32,000 nucleotides of DNA from Candidatus Electronema aureum (GCA_004284765.1 NQJD01000001.1:30001-62000), one strand, 5' to 3'; positions 5,937 to 16,178 are shown, counted from the first letter of the stretch. Notes: a model not told the origin generated them from the sequence alone. Translations and numbers: made by a program.

Positions 5937-8030
5937 TTATGCTTTGTTGCTCTCTTCCAGCACGGCCTTGCGGCTCAGACGAATGCGGCCTCGGCTGTCA
6001 ACATCCAGCACTTTGACTTTGATCCGATCTCCTTCTTTGAGAACATCCTCAACCTTATTCACCCGCTGCACATCTAACTCGGAGATATGCACCATGCCGT
6101 CCGTGCCCGGCAGAATTTCAACAAAGGCACCGAAATCCTTGATTGTCTTGACTACACCATCATAAATTCTGCCGATCTCCGGCATAGCAGTCATTCCCTC
6201 AATACGAGCAACCAAAGCAGCAGCAGACTCATTGGTTTTGGAGAAAATTTTTATCGTGCCATCATCTTCTACGTCGATCTTAGCATCAAACTCGGCGGTC
6301 AACTCGCGGATGATTTTGCCGCCCGGCCCGATAATGTCGCGGATTTTATCTTGGCTGATTTTGATAGTGACATAACGCGGCGCATGATCTGAGATTTCTG
6401 TGCGCGGAATGCCAAGTGCCTCTTCCATTTTGCCGAGAATATGAAGGCGGCCTTCCTTGGCTTGGGCTAAGGCATTGCCCATGATCTCGCGGCTTACCCC
6501 GTCGATCTTAATATCCATTTGCAACGAAGCGATACCTGAAGACGTGCCAACCACTTTGAAATCCATATCGCCGAGATGATCCTCGTCGCCAAGAATGTCG
6601 GTGAGTACGACAATTTTATCGCCTTCTTTAATCAAGCCCATCGCCACGCCAGAAACCGGAGCTTTGATCGGCACGCCTGCATCCATCAGAGCTAAACTCC
6701 CGCCGCAGACGGTGGCCATTGATGACGAACCGTTCGACTCCAGTACTTCCGAAGTCAGCCGCATGGTGTAAGGAAAATTGACAGAATCGGGTAGCACTGC
6801 TTCAATACCTCGGCGGGCCAAGGTACCGTGGCCGATGTCGCGGCGACTGGGGCCGCGCAGGGCACGCACTTCGCCGACGCAGAAGGGCTGGAAGTTGTAA
6901 TGCAGCATAAAACGGCGGTACACATCACCGGTCAAGCCTTCGATATGCAGCTCGTCACGCTCAGAACCCAGCGTGGCCACGACCAGAGCTTGGGTTTCGC
7001 CGCGCGTGAAAAGAGCTGAACCGTGCGCCTTGGGCAACACGCCCACCTCGCATTGAATGGGCCGCACTTGATCAAAACTGCGTCCGTCAAGGCGGATACC
7101 TTGATTGACGATCCGATCGCGCATGACCTTTTTTCGATATGCGTCGAGCAGCTCCGCAACCTCGTCTGCCTTTTTATACAATTCTGGGTTACTATTAGCC
7201 AGCACTTCGTCTTTAAGTGCCTCGTAGCGACGACTCCGCTCCATTTTATCGGCTGTAGCAACCACGGTTTCCATGCCTGCGGCAGCTAATTCTTCTACTT
7301 GAGCCTTCAGAGCTTCGTTGACCTGCGGCGGCGTAACGCTCCGTTTGGGCTTGCCAACTTCTGCCCGCAGCGCATTCTGCACAGCGATAAGCGGCTGAAT
7401 CTCGCGATGAACAAAGAAAATGGCATCCAGCACCACTTCTTCGCTTAATTCAGCCGTGCGACCCTCCACCATGATTACAGCGGTCTCGGAACATGCCACG
7501 ACCAAATTCATAGCCGATTGCGCTAACTGGCTTTTGCTCGGATTGAGGACATACGCCCCATCAATATAACCAACTCTGGCCGCAGCAACCGGCCCGCTCC
7601 ACGGAATGTCAGACAAAGCCAAGGCCGCTGATGCGCCGTTCATAGCCAGAATGTCGGGATCAATCTCCGCTTCTGCTGAAAAAACGGTGGCAATCAGCTG
7701 GGTTTCTGCCCGATAACCTTTAGGAAAAAGCGGTCGCAGCGGACGATCAATCAATCGGCTGGTCAAAATTTCTTTTTCAGAAGGCCGTCCAATTTCCCGG
7801 CGGAAATAGTTACCCGGAATTCGGCCAGCAGCATAAAGTCGCTCCTGATATTCTATAGTCAAGGGCATAAAGCCCATGTCTTCTTTCTCTTTTTTTTCTG
7901 CTACCACCGTGACCAGCACCATCGTCTCGCCGCAGGAAATCACTACCGCGCCGTCTGCTTGCTTGGCCATTTTGCCGGTCTCAAACACCATGCTACGCCC
8001 ACCGATCTCTACCTCTGTTCTCTTGTACAT
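5937..8030 (-). CDS. pnp: polyribonucleotide nucleotidyltransferase (PNPase)
   Basis: 697 aa covering two RNase PH domains, KH and S1. The N-terminus MVFETGKMAKQADGAVV, the FMLHYNFQPFCVGE motif and the C-terminal S1 segment (GRIYDGVVKTIKDFGAFVEILPGTDGMVHISE) are all recognisable. Located downstream of rpsO. Confidence 0.97.
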   Translation of the reverse strand: MYKRTEVEIGGRSMVFETGKMAKQADGAVVISCGETMVLVTVVAEKKEKEDMGFMPLTIEYQERLYAAGRIPGNYFRREIGRPSEKEILTSRLIDRPLRPLFPKGYRAETQLIATVFSAEAEIDPDILAMNGASAALALSDIPWSGPVAAARVGYIDGAYVLNPSKSQLAQSAMNLVVACSETAVIMVEGRTAELSEEVVLDAIFFVHREIQPLIAVQNALRAEVGKPKRSVTPPQVNEALKAQVEELAAAGMETVVATADKMERSRRYEALKDEVLANSNPELYKKADEVAELLDAYRKKVMRDRIVNQGIRLDGRSFDQVRPIQCEVGVLPKAHGSALFTRGETQALVVATLGSERDELHIEGLTGDVYRRFMLHYNFQPFCVGEVRALRGPSRRDIGHGTLARRGIEAVLPDSVNFPYTMRLTSEVLESNGSSSMATVCGGSLALMDAGVPIKAPVSGVAMGLIKEGDKIVVLTDILGDEDHLGDMDFKVVGTSSGIASLQMDIKIDGVSREIMGNALAQAKEGRLHILGKMEEALGIPRTEISDHAPRYVTIKISQDKIRDIIGPGGKIIRELTAEFDAKIDVEDDGTIKIFSKTNESAAALVARIEGMTAMPEIGRIYDGVVKTIKDFGAFVEILPGTDGMVHISELDVQRVNKVEDVLKEGDRIKVKVLDVDSRGRIRLSRKAVLEESNKA

Positions 8031-8349
8031 GCAAACTCCTTTGCGTTCAGCTATCCCGGACTGATGGCCGGGTCTATTCTTCTGTGTTATTTGGTCGAGT
8101 TATTTTATTTTTTGGCATGTTCCGCCGCATTGCATACTTAAAAGAAAATGTACTTGGAAGGGAACACAGCGGCAGGATTGTCTTCCTGCTGACAGCAGGA
8201 AAATGTTTGAGGCGATGAGAAAAAATTTGCACAATGGTTCCTTGGGCAGCAATAACTTTATCCTGTCGGCGCAGCAGGCGACGCCGGAAGAAAATCAGCA
8301 GAAAAAGCCGAGGAAAAACCATATCGTTTTTTCAATCATTTGAGAAACC

Positions 8350-8379
8350 TGTCTCTATCTGTGCGCACAGATAGAGACA
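8350..8379 (-). terminator. perfect 30-nt palindrome just after rpsO; candidate rpsO terminator/attenuator or processing hairpin in the pnp leader
   Basis: tgtctctatctgtgc|gcacagatagagaca, located 24 nt downstream of the rpsO stop on the minus strand. It is followed by GGTTTCTC, which is only weakly U-rich, so read-through into pnp is likely. Confidence 0.5.
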
Positions 8380-8402
8380 AGGAACGCTACTGTTTGTTAC
8401 TG

Positions 8403-8672
8403 CTACTTCCTGATGCCCAGCGTCTGAATGATTGCCCGGTACCTGTTGATATCTTTCTTTCGCAGATACTGGAGCAGGCTACGCCGCTGACCAACCAATT
8501 TCAGCAGACCACGGCGAGAATGATGATCCTTGGCATTCGTCTGAAAATGAGCGGTGAGATAGCTGATTCGGTCGGAAATCAGAGCGATTTGCACTTCCGG
8601 CGAACCGGTATCGCCCTCATGGGCCGCGAATTTCTCAATGATCTCTTTTTTCTTTACTGTGCTTTGTGCCAT
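8403..8672 (-). CDS. rpsO: 30S ribosomal protein S15
   Basis: 89 aa starting [48 protein letters not shown] sits 6 nt upstream of the ATG at 8672. The longer ORF-track version (to 8831) is an upstream extension. Confidence 0.95.
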   Translation of the reverse strand: MAQSTVKKKEIIEKFAAHEGDTGSPEVQIALISDRISYLTAHFQTNAKDHHSRRGLLKLVGQRRSLLQYLRKKDINRYRAIIQTLGIRK

Positions 8673-8827
8673 AATCGGCCTCCAAAAAAGGTGTTGTCCT
8701 TCTGCTGTCGGCAAAGCCTGCGCTTCCTCAGCCTCGCCGGAGTCTGGATACAATTGCCTACTGATCCGCACCCGAGGAATGAGATGCGGGAGACAATCCG
8801 CTGTTTCCGCCCGCTGCGGAACAGTCT

Positions 8828-9580
8828 TCACTTCAATGTTTCTTCTTTTGTCGCCGCCAACGCCTGCTCAACGGTCAACATCCCTGCTAAGAGCGCGGTT
8901 TGTGTAATACCTTCGGAGAAGAAAAGCAATCCACCGTCAAACGCCTCTTCCACCGCAAAACCACCGCTGCGGGTACGCCGTAAATCAGTCAGATGCGCCC
9001 CGCAGCCAATTTTACGGCCTATATCTGCGGCAAGTACCCTGATATATGTACCCCGGCTACATGAAACTGTGAACGACAGCCGAGCTGTATTCGCATCATA
9101 CCCGTTCAGATCGAGGCTGTAAATTTCAATCGGCTTGGCCGCCTTTTCAATCATGATACCTTGACGGGCATAATGATAGAGCGGCTTGCCTTGGTGCTTG
9201 GCTGCTGAATAGGCGGGCGGAGCTTGTAACTGCGGGCCAACAAACTCTGGCAGCAGCGCGACGATATCCTCTGAAATCAGCTCTGGCACCGGCCTAACTG
9301 CTGTCACACGGCCTTCAGGGTCAAGGGTTTCTGTTTCTTGGCCTAACTGAAGGACGGCCTGATAGGTCTTACGGCCTGTCATAAACGCATCAATGTGCTT
9401 GGTGGCTTCCCGCCCGGCGCACAGAATCAGCAAGCCGCTGGCAAAAGGGTCTAACGTGCCTGCATGTCCAACTTTTTTGATCTCCAGCAGTCGCCGTAGT
9501 TTCTGTACTACAGCAAAGGAGGTAACTCCGACCGGTTTATCAATTAGAAAAACCCCGACGGCGGACGCAGCTAAACTCAC
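8828..9580 (-). CDS. truB: tRNA pseudouridine(55) synthase
   Basis: Motifs [17 protein letters not shown] and [16 protein letters not shown] (catalytic Asp). Conserved position between rbfA/nrnA-like and rpsO. Confidence 0.9.
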   Translation of the reverse strand: MSLAASAVGVFLIDKPVGVTSFAVVQKLRRLLEIKKVGHAGTLDPFASGLLILCAGREATKHIDAFMTGRKTYQAVLQLGQETETLDPEGRVTAVRPVPELISEDIVALLPEFVGPQLQAPPAYSAAKHQGKPLYHYARQGIMIEKAAKPIEIYSLDLNGYDANTARLSFTVSCSRGTYIRVLAADIGRKIGCGAHLTDLRRTRSGGFAVEEAFDGGLLFFSEGITQTALLAGMLTVEQALAATKEETLK

Positions 9581-10578
9581 TGTTTGCCTTGCCGCAGAGC
9601 TTGCTCCAGCACCGGCAAGAGCATATCACGCACTTGCTCCATGCTGCGCCCGGTCATGCGGAAACCAGCGGCATTTTTGTGACCACCACCGCCAAACTGA
9701 GCCGCAGCCCAAGCCACATCGCAATCACCCTTAGCCCGGATACTAACTGAAACTTCATCATCTTTCCGTTCCTTAAGAAAGACAGCAGCTCGCACCGCCC
9801 GGATTGAGCGAGGAAAGTTGATCAAATTGTCGCAGTCTTCATAATCAGTGCCGGTTGTTTGAAGCATTTTTCGAGAAACCTGAATGATCGCGACCTGATC
9901 GTCGAAGAATGTCTGGAGGGTGGAAAGCACCAATTGCATCAGCTGAAGGCTGCCAAAGGAAGCGTTGTCGTAGAGACGCTGACTGATTGCGGCAGGCCGG
10001 ACTCCCCGATTGAGCAACCGTCCAGCCACCGCAAAGGTGTGAGCGGAAGTGCAGTCGTACTGAAAGGAACCGGTGTCAGTGACAAGCGCGGTATAGAGGC
10101 ATTCAGCAGCTTCTTGGGAGATACTGTCCGCCACGCCCAACTCCACCGATAAATCATAAATCATCTCACCAGTTGAGGAGCGATGCGGCTCAATCCAGTG
10201 AAGATCGCCAAAGCCTGCGTTGCTCTGGTGATGATCAATGACTAAAAACGGTTTGATCTCGCGCAGCGCGGCTCCGTGTTTGCCTAATCTGGGCAAGTCA
10301 CCGCAGTCTAAGCAAATACCCATGATATCTGCTCCGCATTCCTCAACAAAAGCACGGATACGATTGATATCCATCTCAATCCGCGCCCCAGCGGCAAGAC
10401 TGCTGTACACCTCTACAGGCGGTTCTTCCAAATAACAAACCGTCTGCTTGCCCATCATGGTAAGAATATTGGCAAGACCAAACAAGGAACCCAGCGCGTC
10501 GCCGTCAGGGCGGACGTGAGTCGCCAGCACGATGTTTTGCACGGCTTCTATGGCCTGCCGGGCTGACTTTCTATTCAC
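9577..10578 (-). CDS. DHH/DHHA1 family phosphoesterase (NrnA-like oligoribonuclease / pAp phosphatase)
   Basis: Motifs HVRPDGDALGS, VIDHHQSN (DHH) and FGGGGHKNAAGF (DHHA1). 4-nt overlap with truB and 8-nt overlap with rbfA. Confidence 0.85.
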   Translation of the reverse strand: MNRKSARQAIEAVQNIVLATHVRPDGDALGSLFGLANILTMMGKQTVCYLEEPPVEVYSSLAAGARIEMDINRIRAFVEECGADIMGICLDCGDLPRLGKHGAALREIKPFLVIDHHQSNAGFGDLHWIEPHRSSTGEMIYDLSVELGVADSISQEAAECLYTALVTDTGSFQYDCTSAHTFAVAGRLLNRGVRPAAISQRLYDNASFGSLQLMQLVLSTLQTFFDDQVAIIQVSRKMLQTTGTDYEDCDNLINFPRSIRAVRAAVFLKERKDDEVSVSIRAKGDCDVAWAAAQFGGGGHKNAAGFRMTGRSMEQVRDMLLPVLEQALRQGKQ

Positions 10579-10987
10579 GGTCTTCTTCGCCGCTCTCTTT
10601 TGGCCTTTCTTTGTTGATCTGCCGAAATAGCCGCTCTAATCGTTCAACTTCCTCGCTCTGTCGGTCGTAGAAGAAGAGCAGTGCCGGGGTGCAGCGCATG
10701 TTCAGGGTTTTGGCGAGATGAGAGCGGAAAAATCCGCTGGCGTTCCGCAGAGCTTTGAGAACCTCAGCTGAACTGCTCCCTTCCGGCACGGTGAACCAAA
10801 TTTTGGCCTGCTTCAGATCAGGAGTTACCTGTACTCTGGAGTACGCCACTCTGGTCAGTCGGGCATCACGCACATCCTGACGCAGCAGCACAGACAGCTC
10901 CTGCATCACGGCCTCAGCCACTCGGTCTGGGCGCGAGCTTTTTGGCTTACCCAGACCGGGCAGGGTGAAATCGAATTCTTGCCTCAT
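10571..10987 (-). CDS. rbfA: ribosome-binding factor A
   Basis: RVAEAVMQELSVLLRQDVRDARL...VTPDLKQAKIWF pattern. Located immediately downstream of infB. Confidence 0.9.
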   Translation of the reverse strand: MRQEFDFTLPGLGKPKSSRPDRVAEAVMQELSVLLRQDVRDARLTRVAYSRVQVTPDLKQAKIWFTVPEGSSSAEVLKALRNASGFFRSHLAKTLNMRCTPALLFFYDRQSEEVERLERLFRQINKERPKESGEEDRE

Positions 10988-11018
10988 CGTACAATGCAGG
11001 AAATCCTGTCCTCCTTAA

Positions 11019-13694
11019 CTACAACGTGGCTGCAACTTTATCCACGTGGAAAGCTTCCAACGTGTCGCCAACCTTGATGTCATTGTATTTTTCCACCCCG
11101 ATGCCGCACTCATACCCTGCGGCTACATCTTTCACATCGTCTTTGAAGCGGCGGAGGGAAACAATCTTACCGGTGAAAATGACTACCGACTCGCGCAAGA
11201 CCCGAACATGGGCACTGCGCTCGATTTTGCCTTCGCTCACGATGCAGCCAGCAATGGTACCGACCTTGGGTACCGTAAAGGTCTCACGCACCTCGGCAGA
11301 GCCGATGACCCGCTCCCGCAGTTCGGGATCGAGCATACCGGCCATCGCCTTCTCAATATCCTCAAGAGCATGGTAAATAACATCATAGGTACGGATGTCC
11401 ACATGTTCTTTTTCTGCCAGTTCTTTGATTCTGGCGGCAGGACGAATATTGAAACCGATAATGATCGCCTCTGAAGCCGAAGCTAAATGAATGTCGTTTT
11501 CAGTTATTGCACCGGCACCCTCGTGCAGCACTCGCACTCGCACCGCAGCGGTGGAAAGATTTTCAGCCGCTTGTCCAAATGCCTGCAAAGTACCCTGGAC
11601 ATCGGCTCGCAGAATGACCCGCAGTTCTTTCACGCTCTGCTCGGCCATTTTCTCAAAGAGGTTATCCAAGGAAACCTTGGAGGCTGAGGCCAGCTCTGAC
11701 TCGCGCATCTTGAGCTGTCGCGCATCAGAAACGGCCTTGGCCATCTTCTCATCCTTGACCACCATGAACTCGTCGCCCGCTTGTGGCACACCGGACAGTC
11801 CCTGCACCTCAACCGGAATCGACGGTCCGGCCTCAGTGACCTGCTCGCCGCGTTCATTCATCAAGCTACGCACTTTGCCGCTAAACTGACCCGCAATGAA
11901 ATAATCGCCAGGCCGCAGAGTACCTTCCTGCACCAGCACCGTAGCTACCGGACCTCGGCCTTTGTGTAACTGGGCCTCAATGACTGCCCCGCGTGCTTTT
12001 CGGGCATGGTCAACCGTTAATTCGAGAATTTCCGCCTGAAGCTGAATATTCTCTAACAGCTCTGGGATGCCGATACCTTTTTTGGCCGAAGTCTCACAGA
12101 AAATGGTGCTGCCGCCCCATGCCTCTGGGATCAAACCAAAATCACCCAACTCGCGGATAACCCGCGCTGGGTCGGCGTTGTCCTTGTCAATTTTGTTGAT
12201 TGCCACGACAATCGGCACGTCAGCGGCCTTAGCATGAGCAATGGCCTCCTTGGTCTGCTCCATCACGCCGTCGTCCGCTGCAACCACCAGCACGACGATA
12301 TCCGTGACCTTCGCACCACGAGAGCGCATTTCGGTGAAAGCGGCATGACCAGGAGTATCAACAAAGGTGATATCCCCAGAGGGGGCCTGCACATGATAAG
12401 CACCGATATGCTGAGTGATACCGCCTGCTTCGCCAGCGGCTACATCCGTTCTGCGAATGGCATCAAGGATAGAGGTTTTGCCATGATCGACATGACCCAT
12501 GACCGTGACCACCGGAAAGCGGGACTTTTTCTCGCCGCCGGTCTCTTCGGCCGCCTGCAATGCCTCAACTCCCAGTTCCTCGGTCATACCTTGGCCAACC
12601 TCGTAACCGAAGTCTGCCGCCACTAATGCAGCAGTGTCAACATCTAAGGACTGATTGAGCGTGGCTAATACACCAAGACGCATCAATTTGGCGATGATTT
12701 CGCCCGCTTTGACACCCATCCGTTTAGCCAGATCGCCAACACTGATGGTCTCAAAAACGGTGATCCGCCGCTTGATCGCCTTGGTTTCAGCAACAGGGAC
12801 AGGCTGCGGCTTGCTTTTGGCGCGTTTGTCCTTTTTACGACGACCTTGATAGGGCATGTCGTCGCCGCCTGCACCGCTAAAGGTCTGAGGTGATCGGCCT
12901 TTGCCGCGTCCACCGCCTTTGCCGCCGCTCTTTTTAGCTCGACTGTCCTCTTCCGCGCTAACCGTCACTACCCGTTTGCCTCTTTTTTTGTTCTTAGAAG
13001 CATCAGGAGTGACCGCTGCCGCACCCGGAGCTGCATTAGCGGCTACACGGGGAGGTCTGGGGGATGAGGACTGCGGACGGGGAGCAGCTCCGCCTTGCGA
13101 AGGCCGTCCGCCGCCCGGGCCGGGTCGGCTGCCCGACCTTCTCGGTTCTTCGGTCGCCACTGGAATTTCCACTTGGCCAACAATTCGAGCTAATCCCTTA
13201 GCCCGTTTTGGTGCGCCTACTGTCGGCCTGCTGTCTCCAACACCGACAGCCGGAGTGCTTTTTTTCAGCCCTTCAACAGAAGGCGCACTGCCCGTTTCCG
13301 CCGGAACCGCCACATTCAAGACTGTTTCTTGCCCGGCACTCTGCTCTGCTGCTTTTTTCATTTTCGCCGCTTGCTCCGCCGCTGCTTTGGCCGCAGTTTC
13401 TTCCGCCTGTCGGGCAAGATGTTCCTTTTGATCCCGGGATCTACGTCGAATCACCGCCGCGCCTTTGTCTGGCATGTCCGCACCACCTCTGTTTTTTGCG
13501 CCGATCGGTTTGTCCGTCATCTCGGCAGTCGCCCTGCCCAGCACCTTGCGGCGGATGTTGGTCGCCATGTCGTCATCCACCGTGGAACTGGGGCTTTTAA
13601 TCGGATAGCCCATCTCCGCCAGCTTTTCTGCCAGTTCTTTGCTTTTGAGACCGGCCTCTTTCGCCAGATCGTAAATGCGGATCCTGCTCATCAA
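11019..13694 (-). CDS. infB: translation initiation factor IF-2
   Basis: 891 aa. N-terminus MSRIRIYDLAKE, a low-complexity Ala/Pro/Gly/Lys-rich linker, and a GTPase domain (VVTVMGHVDHGKTSILD, DTPGHAAF, NKIDK). Confidence 0.97.
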   Translation of the reverse strand: MMSRIRIYDLAKEAGLKSKELAEKLAEMGYPIKSPSSTVDDDMATNIRRKVLGRATAEMTDKPIGAKNRGGADMPDKGAAVIRRRSRDQKEHLARQAEETAAKAAAEQAAKMKKAAEQSAGQETVLNVAVPAETGSAPSVEGLKKSTPAVGVGDSRPTVGAPKRAKGLARIVGQVEIPVATEEPRRSGSRPGPGGGRPSQGGAAPRPQSSSPRPPRVAANAAPGAAAVTPDASKNKKRGKRVVTVSAEEDSRAKKSGGKGGGRGKGRSPQTFSGAGGDDMPYQGRRKKDKRAKSKPQPVPVAETKAIKRRITVFETISVGDLAKRMGVKAGEIIAKLMRLGVLATLNQSLDVDTAALVAADFGYEVGQGMTEELGVEALQAAEETGGEKKSRFPVVTVMGHVDHGKTSILDAIRRTDVAAGEAGGITQHIGAYHVQAPSGDITFVDTPGHAAFTEMRSRGAKVTDIVVLVVAADDGVMEQTKEAIAHAKAADVPIVVAINKIDKDNADPARVIRELGDFGLIPEAWGGSTIFCETSAKKGIGIPELLENIQLQAEILELTVDHARKARGAVIEAQLHKGRGPVATVLVQEGTLRPGDYFIAGQFSGKVRSLMNERGEQVTEAGPSIPVEVQGLSGVPQAGDEFMVVKDEKMAKAVSDARQLKMRESELASASKVSLDNLFEKMAEQSVKELRVILRADVQGTLQAFGQAAENLSTAAVRVRVLHEGAGAITENDIHLASASEAIIIGFNIRPAARIKELAEKEHVDIRTYDVIYHALEDIEKAMAGMLDPELRERVIGSAEVRETFTVPKVGTIAGCIVSEGKIERSAHVRVLRESVVIFTGKIVSLRRFKDDVKDVAAGYECGIGVEKYNDIKVGDTLEAFHVDKVAATL

Positions 13695-13743
13695 TTGCTC
13701 CCGTAACCTTTCTTGCCGTAGTATAACTGCAATCAGCAGCGGC

Positions 13744-13959
13744 TTAAAGACGAAATGCCCGTTTCAAGCCTTTTTTGTTCTTTTCTAACCGAAGGCGACA
13801 CTGATCGTTGCGGCAGCAGTAAACACCCCGTCCCGGCAGGCATCTCCTGCAATCCTCAACCAATGCACCTTCAGACAACACTAATCGCGCCATTTCTGTC
13901 GCCGAGCGTTTTTGCCCGCAGCCCTTGCAGGTGCGGACAGGGACATGCCCTCGCTTCAT
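13744..13959 (-). CDS. YlxR/DUF448-like small RNA-binding protein
   Basis: 71 aa with RTCKGCGQKR...GRGVYCC. The start overlaps the nusA stop by 4 nt, the canonical nusA-ylxR-infB position. Confidence 0.8.
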   Translation of the reverse strand: MKRGHVPVRTCKGCGQKRSATEMARLVLSEGALVEDCRRCLPGRGVYCCRNDQCRLRLEKNKKGLKRAFRL

Positions 13960-15290
13960 TCTTCGGAATTCAACTCGTCGTCAACGTCCTGTTGCCCGCT
14001 GCTGTTGTCAGCAGTATCCTGCGGTGGCGCGACAGCCTTTGTCTCTTTTGCTTCAGCGAAACCAGCAGCTTGAAGTTTCATCAATGCAGCCTGATCCTCA
14101 TCTACGCTGATGATCTCCGCCAATTCAGCCAACGGAGCCGTTGCGAGTTTGGCCGCTGAATCCAATCCGGCAGCGGTTAATTTGTCTGCCTCTTCTTCGT
14201 CAATGCCGTCCACAGCCAGCAGGCTTAAATAGCCAGGCCGCCCCATATCATGGTAATTTCGCTCACTTTTGACATCAATTCGCCAGTTGAGCAACCGAGC
14301 CGCAAGTCGCACATTCTGCCCCTGCCGCCCGATGGCCAAGGAAAGCTGATCGTCCGGCACCACCGCCAGCAAGGAATGCCGCTCTTCATCGACAATCACT
14401 GTGCTGACTTCAGCCGGGGCCAAGGCATTGCTGACATATTTAGCTGGATCAGGACTCCAAGGCACGATGTCAATGCGCTCGCCTTGCAACTCCTGTACCA
14501 CATTCTGTACCCGCGCCCCTTTCACACCGACGCAGGCACCAACCGGGTCCACGTCTGATTCGCTGGAGGTTACAGCAATTTTAGCCCGAAAGCCTGGCTC
14601 GCGAGCCGCACCCATAATTTTAACGATGCCTTCTGCGATTTCTGGTACTTCCAGCTCGAACAGCTTCATCAGAAATTCGTTGGAGGTTCGACTGAGAATC
14701 AGTTGGGAATCGCGTGCATCGTGCCGCACTTCTTCAAGATACGCTCGGATGCGGTCGCCCTGCTTGTAAGAACGCTTGGGAATTTGCCCCTCGCGCGGCA
14801 GCACTGCGTCCGTGCGACCCAAGTTGACGATCATTTTGCCCCGCTCAAAGCGCTGAACGATACCATTGACAATGGTACCCTCACGGTCGCGGAACATGTC
14901 GAAAACCACTTCGCGTTCAGCATCACGCATCCGGTGGATAATCACCTGCTTGGCTGACTGCGCGGCAATCCGCCCCAGTTCAGAGACGTTGTCTAATTTT
15001 TCGCCAAGGTCTTCTTCTAACTCGATGTCGGGAGCCAGTTTGCGGGCCTCGTCGATATGCACCTCGGATTCTTCATCCCAGACATCATCAACCACGGTGC
15101 GGTAGCGAAAAACTTCAATTTCGCCTAACTCCTCGTTAAACTGAACTTCCATGTCCCGCTTACCGCCGTACCTTTTCCGCACTGCTGAACGCACCGCCTC
15201 TTCAACTGCCTCAATCATCAAGGCGCGGTCGATGCCTTTGTCACGACAAATTTGATCGAGTATCCGTTTTAAATTTTCTCCACCTGACAT
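13956..15290 (-). CDS. nusA: transcription termination/antitermination factor NusA
   Basis: 444 aa. The N-terminal region, S1 segment (GTIVNGIVQRFERGKMIVNLGRTDAVLP), KH segments (GACVGVKGARVQNVVQEL, AIGRQGQNVRLAARL) and an acidic tail are recognisable. Confidence 0.97.
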   Translation of the reverse strand: MSGGENLKRILDQICRDKGIDRALMIEAVEEAVRSAVRKRYGGKRDMEVQFNEELGEIEVFRYRTVVDDVWDEESEVHIDEARKLAPDIELEEDLGEKLDNVSELGRIAAQSAKQVIIHRMRDAEREVVFDMFRDREGTIVNGIVQRFERGKMIVNLGRTDAVLPREGQIPKRSYKQGDRIRAYLEEVRHDARDSQLILSRTSNEFLMKLFELEVPEIAEGIVKIMGAAREPGFRAKIAVTSSESDVDPVGACVGVKGARVQNVVQELQGERIDIVPWSPDPAKYVSNALAPAEVSTVIVDEERHSLLAVVPDDQLSLAIGRQGQNVRLAARLLNWRIDVKSERNYHDMGRPGYLSLLAVDGIDEEEADKLTAAGLDSAAKLATAPLAELAEIISVDEDQAALMKLQAAGFAEAKETKAVAPPQDTADNSSGQQDVDDELNSEE

Positions 15291-15348
15291 GCTCTTTCTC
15301 CCCTCCGCTCAAACAAGCGGCCCAGGTCTCTATATATTCACCGCCCTG

Positions 15349-15813
15349 CTACAGGCTCAGACGGGCTTTCGCAACCCCTTCCAGATCAATTGTCATCGGC
15401 CCGACTTCATCCGCAGCAAGCGCAATCTGCTGTTTCTCCGTGTCCACCGCAGTCAGTGTACCAAGAAAGGCGTACTGGCTGTTCACCGGCTCCTTGAGCT
15501 TGATCCTAACCCGGCGACCCGTGAAACGGACAAAATCCTCGACCCGTTTCAGCGGACGTTCGGCTCCGGGAGAGGAAACCTCCAGCGTGTAAGCATGGCG
15601 AATGACATCCTCTGCCTCTAAGCGTGCAGCAAGCTGCCTGCTCACCGAGGCGCAGTCATCCACATTAACCCCGCCCTGCTCGCGATCAATAAATAATCGC
15701 AGTACCCAACCGGATTCTTGGCGAAATTCTACCTCCACCAACTCCAGCCCCATTTCCTCTGCAATCGGACGGGCAAACTGCTCCGCCGCCTTGGCCACCC
15801 GGTCTCCGCTCAC
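15349..15813 (-). CDS. rimP: ribosome maturation factor RimP
   Basis: 154 aa with GLELVEVEF...LRLFID...V.DCASVSRQL...YTLEVSSPGAERPL. Located directly upstream of nusA. Confidence 0.9.
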   Translation of the reverse strand: MSGDRVAKAAEQFARPIAEEMGLELVEVEFRQESGWVLRLFIDREQGGVNVDDCASVSRQLAARLEAEDVIRHAYTLEVSSPGAERPLKRVEDFVRFTGRRVRIKLKEPVNSQYAFLGTLTAVDTEKQQIALAADEVGPMTIDLEGVAKARLSL

Positions 15814-15868
15814 AAGCTGCCTTCCTTTTCATGCAAGGAACGCTCTCCCTGCTCTGTGCAAAACCAAT

Positions 15869-15890
15869 AAAAAAAGCGGGCATAGCCCAC
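15869..15890 (-). terminator. small intrinsic terminator-like hairpin after tRNA-Gly
   Basis: On the minus strand, GTGGGC-TAT-GCCCGC (one G·U pair) is followed by a run of 7 T. It lies between tRNA-Gly and rimP. Confidence 0.4.
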
Positions 15891-15964
15891 TTTCGCAAAA
15901 CCTCAGAAATGCGTACTGGTTCCTCTTGCGCTCCAGTGGAACCAGCGAGCTGACAGCGTAAAAG

Positions 15965-16040
15965 TGGAGCGGGTAACGGGGTTCGAACCCGTGGCCCCAA
16001 GCTTGGGAAGCTTGTGCTCTGCCAGCTGAGCTACACCCGC
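15965..16040 (-). tRNA. tRNA-Gly (anticodon CCC)
   Basis: 76 nt on the minus strand: GCGGGTG-TA-GCTC-AGCTGGC-AGAGC-A-CAAGC-TTCCCAA-GCTTG-GGGCC-ACGGG-TTCGAAC-CCCGT-TACCCGC-T-CCA. Cloverleaf folded by hand. Discriminator U, CCA encoded. Confidence 0.9.
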
Positions 16041-16108
16041 TCATCGTGACCGGCATCAGTCTGAAGAACAACATAGCTAATGCGCCCTGTCAACTCGTTC
16101 GGACTCTT

Positions 16109-16137
16109 TATATAGTCAATATATATTTTTTTGTCAA
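16109..16137 (-). promoter_or_regulatory. candidate sigma70 promoter for tRNA-Gly (TTGACA-N17-TATATA)
   Basis: On the minus strand, TTGACA is at 16137-16132, followed by an A/T-rich 17-nt spacer and TATATA. This is about 65-70 nt upstream of the tRNA 5' end. Confidence 0.35.
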
Positions 16138-16178
16138 GCGGCAACACGCAAAACGACACAAGCCCGCAGAGCGTGGGT

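Noticed and set aside
8074-8322. 82-aa minus-strand ORF in the rpsO-pnp spacer
   Set aside because: The translation is Arg/Leu/Phe-rich and low-complexity with no RBS. The region is better explained as the pnp leader.
8673-8831. Upstream extension of the rpsO ORF (142-aa version)
   Set aside because: S15 is ~89 aa. MAQSTVKKK at 8672 has a GGAGG RBS, and the extra 53 codons are not S15-like.
8340-9122. 260-aa plus-strand ORF
   Set aside because: It runs antisense across rpsO and the 3' part of truB, both strongly supported, and starts inside the rpsO terminator palindrome.
12901-13706. Plus-strand ORFs of 125-176 aa (12901-13431, 13208-13600, 13329-13706)
   Set aside because: They lie antisense to the G+C-rich, low-complexity N-terminal region of infB. 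Their translations are Pro/Ala/Ser/Cys-rich nonsense typical of shadow ORFs.
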